From Gemmatimonadota bacterium (GTDB lineage: Bacteria > Gemmatimonadota > Gemmatimonadetes > Longimicrobiales > Gaopeijiaceae), in contig JAXHMG010000002.1 of NCBI GenBank assembly GCA_034521595.1, positions 1 through 64,000 of the forward strand: a stretch of 64,000 nucleotides of DNA, given 5' to 3'. Position numbers and translations under genes: made by a program. The notes beneath the pieces are model-generated. The model was not told the DNA's origin. It did no database searches and saw only the letters and a program-made list of their open reading frames with translations. Positions 57,683 through 64,000 of this stretch are shown here, piece by piece. How positions within the stretch are numbered: position 1 is the stretch's first letter; each line of letters begins with the position of its first letter.

Positions 57683-58752
57683 GCGAGCTCCTCCAGCGCG
57701 GAGATCAACCGCCCGTTCTCGGATGGATGGCGAACCCCGACCCGCAGGTGGTCCGTGAGGCCGAACGAAGCGCACCGCCGCACGCGGAGTCCGTGGTGCT
57801 CGAGCTCCTCGGCGAGGTGTTCCGCCCAGGGCGTGCGCGCACAGACGAAGTTCGCGCTGGACGGTCGGGGGGTGAGGCCCGCGGCCCGGAGCGCCTCCTC
57901 GAGGCGGATCCGCTCGTTCCGGATCCGCTCGAACGTCCCGTCCAGGTAGGCGATCGACTCCGGGGCGAAGGAAGCTCGGGCGGCCTCCTGGGCCGGCGCG
58001 GACGCGGACCACGGTAGCGCCACCCGGTCGAGCGCCCGGATCACCCGCTCCGGGCCGACCGCGAACCCGGCGCGCAGCCCCGCCAGACCGCAGTCCTTCG
58101 TGATCGATCTCACGGTGAGCACGCCGTCGTGGACACCGAGCACGGGCGGAGCGGACAGAGAGCCGGCCTCGAACGAAAGGAACGATTCGTCCAACACCAG
58201 CAGGGATCCCGTGGGGAGCGCCCTCCGCAATTCAAGCAGGGCTCCCCGTCCGATCGCCTCGCCCGTCGGCGTGTTGGGCCGCCCGAGATACACCACGGCG
58301 GCAGCGCGCGACCGGGCCTCCTCCGCCACCCCACGGAGATCGAGCGTGCCCGTCGAATCCGCGGGTGGCACGGACACGACCCGGCCCCGAGCGAGCGTGA
58401 TCGCCCTGGCGTACTCGGCGAAACAGGGCGTCCCGATCACCGCGGTGGCGTCCGGCCTCAGCCAAGCGAGGGCGGCCCGGTGCAGGAACTCCGTGGCGCC
58501 GGCGCCGAACCGCACGGCCTCGAGGGGGAGTCCCCATGCGTCGGCAGCCGCGCGGCACGCCTCGAGTGAGGCCGGGTCCGGATATCCGACCGGGTCGGCC
58601 CGCTTCCACGCTTCGGCGGCGGCGGGAGGCGGGCCGAACGGGTTCACGTTGACCGAGAAATCGACCACGCCCGGAGCCGGGCCGCCGGGCCCCGGGCCAC
58701 CGTGCTTGCCGCGCGTGTAGCGCTCCTCGATCTCCTCGATCCAAGGCTTCAC
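57673..58752 (-). CDS. cobD: L-threonine-O-3-phosphate decarboxylase (PLP)
   Basis: HGG...DFSVNVNP.GPP, YPD, PNTPTG, LDESF, RSITK..GLAGLRAG. Confidence 0.85.
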   Translation of the reverse strand: MKPWIEEIEERYTRGKHGGPGPGGPAPGVVDFSVNVNPFGPPPAAAEAWKRADPVGYPDPASLEACRAAADAWGLPLEAVRFGAGATEFLHRAALAWLRPDATAVIGTPCFAEYARAITLARGRVVSVPPADSTGTLDLRGVAEEARSRAAAVVYLGRPNTPTGEAIGRGALLELRRALPTGSLLVLDESFLSFEAGSLSAPPVLGVHDGVLTVRSITKDCGLAGLRAGFAVGPERVIRALDRVALPWSASAPAQEAARASFAPESIAYLDGTFERIRNERIRLEEALRAAGLTPRPSSANFVCARTPWAEHLAEELEHHGLRVRRCASFGLTDHLRVGVRHPSENGRLISALEELACA

Positions 58753-59723
58753 GCGTGCCTCCCGAGCCATGCGAGCGTTCCGCCGAGAGCGGCGACCACG
58801 ACACCACCGGCGACGAGGACCAGCCGCTCGGCCGCCCGCAGGTGCGCCGCGGACGGGGCCTTGCCCTGTGGATGCAGCACGTACGCATCGCGCTTCTCGA
58901 GCCGCACGTCGAGCGCACCGGCGGCGGCCGCCATGGGCCACCCTCCGTTCGGGCTCGGCGTCGCGCCCGCGCAGCGCCGAACGGCTCGGAGCGCGCCCAC
59001 GGAAGAGCCGCCGACCGCCGGAGCGGCTCCCGCCAGCGCGGCCGCCGTGAGCCGGGCGGGCACCCAGCCCAGCACGTCGTCCGACCACGCGGCCGCCCGA
59101 CCGAAGTGCTCGAGCTCGGGGGTCCGGTATCCGAGCACCGCGTCGGCCGTGTTGATGAACCGGTACGCGTAGGCCGCCCCCGGACCGGCCGCGACGGCCC
59201 AGAACAGGGGGGCGACGAAAGCGTCGTTAAGGTTCTCGGCGAGCGATTCCACGGTAGCCCCGACGATCTCGCCCTCGGTGAGCGTCGTGGTGTCGCGACT
59301 CACGAGGTCACGGGCGAGTGTCGAGCGGGCGCCGTCGAGGTCGTAGCACTCCAAGGCCGTCCGCACGCGCCGGGCGGCCGCGAGGAGCTCACGAAGCGAG
59401 ACGACCAGGGAGAGCGCGGCGGCGGCTCGCACCTCGGCCAGCGTCCGCACCCCCCGCGACCGGCTCGCCGGCCGAGACCGGTCCGGAAGCGCCGAAGGGG
59501 GCTTCCCGGCGAGCACCCGCCCGAGCCACCAGGACACCGACGCGCCCCCCGCCACGACCGCGGTGCCCGCGAGCAACCTTCCCGAGGGGCCGAGCGCGGT
59601 TCGCCCATTCCACGCCCGCGCGAGCATCAGGCCGCCGCCCATGCCGCGGACCGGATGGGCCCGGCGAGGCTCACCCACGAGCGCATCCAGGGTGCACGCG
59701 GTGAGCAAGGTGACGCCCTTCAT
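58749..59723 (-). CDS. cbiB: Adenosylcobinamide-phosphate synthase
   Basis: GEP..HPV, LVSRDT, ESLAEN..D, YRFINTADA..GY, PARL, SPNGGWP. Confidence 0.92.
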   Translation of the reverse strand: MKGVTLLTACTLDALVGEPRRAHPVRGMGGGLMLARAWNGRTALGPSGRLLAGTAVVAGGASVSWWLGRVLAGKPPSALPDRSRPASRSRGVRTLAEVRAAAALSLVVSLRELLAAARRVRTALECYDLDGARSTLARDLVSRDTTTLTEGEIVGATVESLAENLNDAFVAPLFWAVAAGPGAAYAYRFINTADAVLGYRTPELEHFGRAAAWSDDVLGWVPARLTAAALAGAAPAVGGSSVGALRAVRRCAGATPSPNGGWPMAAAAGALDVRLEKRDAYVLHPQGKAPSAAHLRAAERLVLVAGGVVVAALGGTLAWLGRHA

Positions 59724-60478
59724 GCCGTCCCCCCTGTCGTCTCCGCGGCGACCAGCCAGACCACGGTTTCGGCGAGGAGTCCGACCGCGCCGTGCGCGTC
59801 CCCGTTCATTCCGCCGAGCCGACGCACCAGGAAGGTCGCGAAGGCTGCGGCGACCACCACCCCGACGCCGAACGCCACCGCCAACGAGCCCGGCGCCACG
59901 GCGCGCACCAGGCACAACGCCACGACCGCGGCCAGCCCGACGCCCGCACCCACGGGGCGTGCGTGAGCACGCAGGCCGGCCGCCGCGCCCGACGACCGGA
60001 GCGCCGGCGCCCAGCGCAGAGACGCGACCATCACCCAACGACCGGTCACGGCGCCCAGAACGATGCCCCAGAACGGAGCCCGTGCCAGCGCCGACACGGC
60101 GAGCACGGCAAGCAGAGCCACCCCGACCGCCGCGTGCGCGCCGATCCGGGGGTCGGCGAGAATCGACACCCGCTTCTCCCGCGAGAGGGCCGGACCGAGC
60201 GTGGCGTCGAGAACGTCCGCCCATCCGTCCCAATGCAAGCCCCCCGTCACGAAGAAGTGCGTCGCGAGCGCGAGAGACCCCGCCACCAGCGGGTCCACGG
60301 GCATGCGCGCGACCAGCGCGGCGAGCGCTCCGAGACCGAGACCGATCCACGGAAAGAAGATCGTCGCCGTGGCGCTCCCCCGCTCCGCCTCCCGTTCCGG
60401 CACCGGAAGGATCGTGAGGAACCCGAGGGCGGCCCAGAAGCCGGCGACCGGAGCACCCGGGAACGGACCGCTGCGCAT
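59720..60478 (-). CDS. cobS: Cobalamin synthase
   Basis: FLTILP, TGGLHWDGWAD..D, DPRIGA, GGMNGD..GA. Confidence 0.92.
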   Translation of the reverse strand: MRSGPFPGAPVAGFWAALGFLTILPVPEREAERGSATATIFFPWIGLGLGALAALVARMPVDPLVAGSLALATHFFVTGGLHWDGWADVLDATLGPALSREKRVSILADPRIGAHAAVGVALLAVLAVSALARAPFWGIVLGAVTGRWVMVASLRWAPALRSSGAAAGLRAHARPVGAGVGLAAVVALCLVRAVAPGSLAVAFGVGVVVAAAFATFLVRRLGGMNGDAHGAVGLLAETVVWLVAAETTGGTA

Positions 60479-61449
60479 CAGGGGTTCTCCCGCTCCCGGC
60501 GCACGGCCCGCACGTACCCGGCCAGCTCCTCGGCAGCGTCCACCATCCCGGGACCCGGCCGATTGAACACGTCGGCGTCGACCAGGTGCACGTGCCCCTC
60601 ACGGACCGCATCCAGCGTACGCCAGAAAGGATCCTCTTCGATCCAGTCCGGCACGAGTCCCTCCGCGTGCTCACTCGACACGATCACCAGATCGGGATCG
60701 CGCTCGAGCACGGCTTCGAACGACACGGTGGGCCACGGGTCGGCCAGGTCGTCGAACGCCCCCCGGCCGCCCACGAGCCGAATCAACTCGTCCACGAACG
60801 TGTCCCGTCCGGTCGTGATGAGCGGCTGGGGCCAGACGACGAAGAGCACCTTGGGCCGGGCTTCTTCAGGAACCTCGACCCGCAGGTCGTCGAACCGCTC
60901 GTGGACGCGCGCCACCAGGTCGTCCGCCTGCCCCGACCGACCGAGGAGCGCACCGAGCGCGGCGGCATGCCGGTCGAAGTCCGCGATGGAACGGGCACGT
61001 GCAGCATACACCGGCAGATCGAACGACTCGAAGCGCTCGCTCAGCGACCGGGCGTCCGCATCCGACCAGGTGACGACCAGGTCCGGTCGGCTGTCGAGGA
61101 TCGCTTCGACGTCCGGGCTCACGGTGCCGCCCACGGACGGAACCTCCGCGATCCGTGGATCCTCGTCGAAGCGTGTCCGTCCCACGAGCTGCGATGCGCC
61201 GCCGAGCTCCACGATGATCTCGGTCAGCGACGGCACGAGGGACACCACCCGTTCCCTTGGCGTCCCGGTCGACAGACGCTTCCCGCGACCGTCCACCACG
61301 AACGAATCGGCCGGGACGTCCCCAGCGCCCGCCGTCCGGCTCCCGGCGGCGGCCGACGAATCGACCGTGCATCCGACCGCGAGCCAGACGAGGGCGAGGA
61401 GACTCCAGCCACAGGGCGCTCGAACCGCCCTGCGAGCTCTATGGGTCAA
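60478..61449 (-). CDS. btuF: Cobalamin-binding protein (helical-backbone SBP)
   Basis: RVVSLVPSLTE, LVGRT, PDLV, NRPGP; operon context. Confidence 0.85.
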   Translation of the reverse strand: MTHRARRAVRAPCGWSLLALVWLAVGCTVDSSAAAGSRTAGAGDVPADSFVVDGRGKRLSTGTPRERVVSLVPSLTEIIVELGGASQLVGRTRFDEDPRIAEVPSVGGTVSPDVEAILDSRPDLVVTWSDADARSLSERFESFDLPVYAARARSIADFDRHAAALGALLGRSGQADDLVARVHERFDDLRVEVPEEARPKVLFVVWPQPLITTGRDTFVDELIRLVGGRGAFDDLADPWPTVSFEAVLERDPDLVIVSSEHAEGLVPDWIEEDPFWRTLDAVREGHVHLVDADVFNRPGPGMVDAAEELAGYVRAVRRERENP

Positions 61450-62531
61450 AGCTCTTCCTCGACCTCCGTGAAGGCGATCGCGAAGGGACAGATGCCCACC
61501 GGGACGGTCGTCTCGGACGTGTAGTCGGCGTCCAGCCGGTGGACCCTCGCCGGATTCTCACAGTCGGCCTCGAGGGTGTAGACACGCCCCTCCGAATCGA
61601 TCCCGATACCCGACGTGCTCGGCACGCCCCCCGGGGCGACCGCGTCGTCCGGGCCCCGCGCGAAGCTTCCGGTCGCGCTGTTCCAGACGAGCGTGCCGAC
61701 ACCGAACGCGCCCACGTATGCGATCCCGTCGGAGTCCACCGCGAGGGAGCCCGGGAAGTCCCCGAATCCGTCGAAGAAGTCCACCTCCGTACCGGTACCG
61801 GGATCGACCACGGAGAGTGCGCCGTTCGCGGCACCGAAGCTTCCCGATTGGATGACGTACAGGCGCCCGTCCGGCCCGACGGCTCCCGCGCCCGCGTTCT
61901 CTCCGCTCAGCTCGATGGTGTCGAGCACCGCGAGCGTCTCCGCATCGAGCACGGTGATGGTCGAGGGGCCGTCCGGCGAGAATTCCTCCAACTCCCCGTT
62001 CAGCACGTACGCCCGGCCCTCCGCGACCACGACGCCCTGGGGATAGCGGCCGACCGGAATCTCGTCCGCGGCGGTTCCGGCCAGCACGTTCACCGGCGTC
62101 ACCGTGTTGAGGTTCGGGTTCGCGACGAGGACGATCGAATCGTTCACGAACGCGGCCCCGGTCGCGCCCGATCCTTCCGGCAGGCTGACGGTGCGCTCGA
62201 GCTCGGCCGCTTCGAGGTCGACGACCGCCACCGCGGGCACGACCCCGAGCGGCACCGCGGCGTACTCGCCGCGGACGGCCAGGGACACCGGGCTGCCGTC
62301 CGCCCCCAGGCCGACCGTTTCGGTGGACGCGGGGTCCTCGACATCGAAGAGGGTGAGCGCCACGTCCGTGCTGGTCACGACGGCCCCGATCTCGCGGGTC
62401 GAGACCTCCGGCACCTCGGGACCCACCGAATCGTCCGAACAGGCGGGCAACACGGCGAGCAACGCGAGGACGAAGAACGTGGAAACAGATTGCAGATTAC
62501 GATGCATGAGAATGCTCCTTTTGTGGTTCAT
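61446..62531 (-). CDS. YncE/BtuG-like beta-propeller lipoprotein
   Basis: Lipobox LPAC; IPVGRYPQGV, TVPVGICP YVTN-like repeats; between the TonB receptor and btuF. Confidence 0.75.
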   Translation of the reverse strand: MNHKRSILMHRNLQSVSTFFVLALLAVLPACSDDSVGPEVPEVSTREIGAVVTSTDVALTLFDVEDPASTETVGLGADGSPVSLAVRGEYAAVPLGVVPAVAVVDLEAAELERTVSLPEGSGATGAAFVNDSIVLVANPNLNTVTPVNVLAGTAADEIPVGRYPQGVVVAEGRAYVLNGELEEFSPDGPSTITVLDAETLAVLDTIELSGENAGAGAVGPDGRLYVIQSGSFGAANGALSVVDPGTGTEVDFFDGFGDFPGSLAVDSDGIAYVGAFGVGTLVWNSATGSFARGPDDAVAPGGVPSTSGIGIDSEGRVYTLEADCENPARVHRLDADYTSETTVPVGICPFAIAFTEVEEEL

Positions 62532-64000
62532 CGGCCGAGTCGCACGGTGAGCCGTGCCGTCCGGCCGGGATCGGGAAAGGCGAAAATCAGCGAGTCTTCG
62601 TGGTCGAAGACCCGGTCCAACTCGACACCGACCTCGAGGTCGCCCAGGGGCGTCGCCCAGCTACGGGCGAGCGCGAGATCGGTGGTCCAGAACGCGGGCA
62701 ACCGGTTGACCCGGTTGGGCACCGGATAGCGGGCGCCCACGTAGTCGGTCGTGATGGCTGCCCGCCAACGGTCCGACGACCATGTGGCGACGGTGCCGCC
62801 GCCCCATTCGGGACGGTACACGACCTGCGTGTCGTCCAGGCCCGGACGGTCGTAGGTCGTGCGGTTCCAACTCACGTGCCCCCGCAGGTCCAACCCGGCG
62901 GATGGTCGTCGCAGGCGCGCGCTCACCTCGGCACCTCTCCGGCGCACGTCCCGGTTGCGTGGGCTCCAGACGAATCGGTAGTCCGGAAGCCAGATGATCA
63001 TCCCCTCGATGTCACCCTGGTACGCTTCGAGCTCGAGCATCGCCATGGTCCCGGAGAGCTCGTGCTCGTAGCTCGCGCCGGCCACCCACTCGGAAGGCAC
63101 GCGCTCGGCTTCGAGGTCCGGATTCGGCTCCACGCCCACGCCCTCTCGGAAGAACTGGTCGCCCAGCGTGGGCGGGCTGAACGAGCTCCGGTGCCCCAGT
63201 CGTGCCCCGAAGCTTCCGCCCGACCACGCGAGGCCGACGTCGTGGCTCACGTACCACCGGGAAGGCAGCCCCGAGCGGTCGAGGCGAGCGGTCGCCGAGA
63301 GCGTGGCTCCGAGGGGCATCGTTCGGGAGCCCGACAGCCACGCGCCCGCGTCCGTGCGACGTACGGTCCCGCGCCCCTCGGCCAGCTGGGTGCTCTCCAC
63401 GCGGAGGTGCGTCAGCGATAGCCCGACCGCGACCCTACCAACCGACCCCGGCCGCCAGGAGCCTTCGATCTCCCCACCGGCGCTCCGCAGCGTGGTACGA
63501 TCGTCGAACGGGTCTCCGAACGGGGGCGCCGAGTCGCGGTGCTCCATCCGCTGGGTCACGAAGTACCCGTTGGTCGAGAGGGCCCGCCGACCGGACGCCT
63601 CCACGTCGAGGGATCCGAAGGCCCGCATCCGCCGGAGCTCCTGACCTCCGGTTCGTGACGGGGCGAAGCTCCGTCCGGGAAGACCGCGCGCCAGCCGCTC
63701 ACCCGCGACGCCGAGTCGAAAGCGCGTGTCCTCACGCTCCCCGACCCACTCCACCCGCGCGTGCTCTCCGTCGGCGTGGGCGTTCTCGCGCGTCGCTTCT
63801 CCCCCTCCGGCTTCTTCCGGCACGTCGAAATCGAACCGACCGTCGAGGCGACGGGCACCGGCCGCGACACGGATGTCCCCCAGCGGGACTCCCTGTTCGT
63901 AGGTCGCGTCGAACGAGCGCTCCCCCAGCGACCCTACGGTCACGCCGGCGCTGCGCTCACCTTCCTCCCGCCCGCCCGTCTCCACCAGGACCACGCCGCC
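62528..64000 (-). CDS. btuB: TonB-dependent cobalamin receptor (5' part outside window)
   Basis: PPTLGD.F, NPDLEAE, IIWLP, PDPGR..RLTVRL beta-barrel C-terminus; upstream of the cob genes. Confidence 0.8.
   Translation of the reverse strand, partial: GGVVLVETGGREEGERSAGVTVGSLGERSFDATYEQGVPLGDIRVAAGARRLDGRFDFDVPEEAGGGEATRENAHADGEHARVEWVGEREDTRFRLGVAGERLARGLPGRSFAPSRTGGQELRRMRAFGSLDVEASGRRALSTNGYFVTQRMEHRDSAPPFGDPFDDRTTLRSAGGEIEGSWRPGSVGRVAVGLSLTHLRVESTQLAEGRGTVRRTDAGAWLSGSRTMPLGATLSATARLDRSGLPSRWYVSHDVGLAWSGGSFGARLGHRSSFSPPTLGDQFFREGVGVEPNPDLEAERVPSEWVAGASYEHELSGTMAMLELEAYQGDIEGMIIWLPDYRFVWSPRNRDVRRRGAEVSARLRRPSAGLDLRGHVSWNRTTYDRPGLDDTQVVYRPEWGGGTVATWSSDRWRAAITTDYVGARYPVPNRVNRLPAFWTTDLALARSWATPLGDLEVGVELDRVFDHEDSLIFAFPDPGRTARLTVRLGR

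Noticed and set aside
1-64000. CRISPR arrays, tRNA/rRNA genes, prophage, intact transposases
   Set aside because: No regularly spaced repeats, cloverleaf or rRNA signatures, or such proteins seen by eye
62528-64000. Cobalamin riboswitch
   Set aside because: Would lie upstream of btuB, outside the window

Overview
A high-GC bacterial chromosome segment. The gene content (PD40-amidohydrolase, DUF4159, S9/M14 peptidases, Ser/Thr kinase-TPR, acidic lipoproteins) suggests Gemmatimonadota, possibly from a saline habitat; this is an inference. About 55 genes are present: two toxin-antitoxin pairs (VapBC-like; AbiEii/DUF1814-like nucleotidyltransferase with a KGG-motif partner), egtB, a pgaABCD PNAG operon bordered by a collapsed kinase pseudogene and stacked IS scars, an orphan EhuB-like binding protein coupled to a hybrid histidine kinase, a macrodomain-pncB-pncA-DUF389 operon, a roughly 220-bp MITE, and a cobalamin uptake/salvage operon running off the right edge. 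The best candidate for an undescribed system is at 47.9-50.6 kb: two tandem paralogous 64-aa secreted peptides with the same four-Cys scaffold, followed by a membrane-anchored single-Cys thioredoxin-like protein and a membrane domain fused to a 6-bladed beta-propeller. No rRNA, tRNA or CRISPR array was seen. Family calls come from motif recognition by eye, not database searches.
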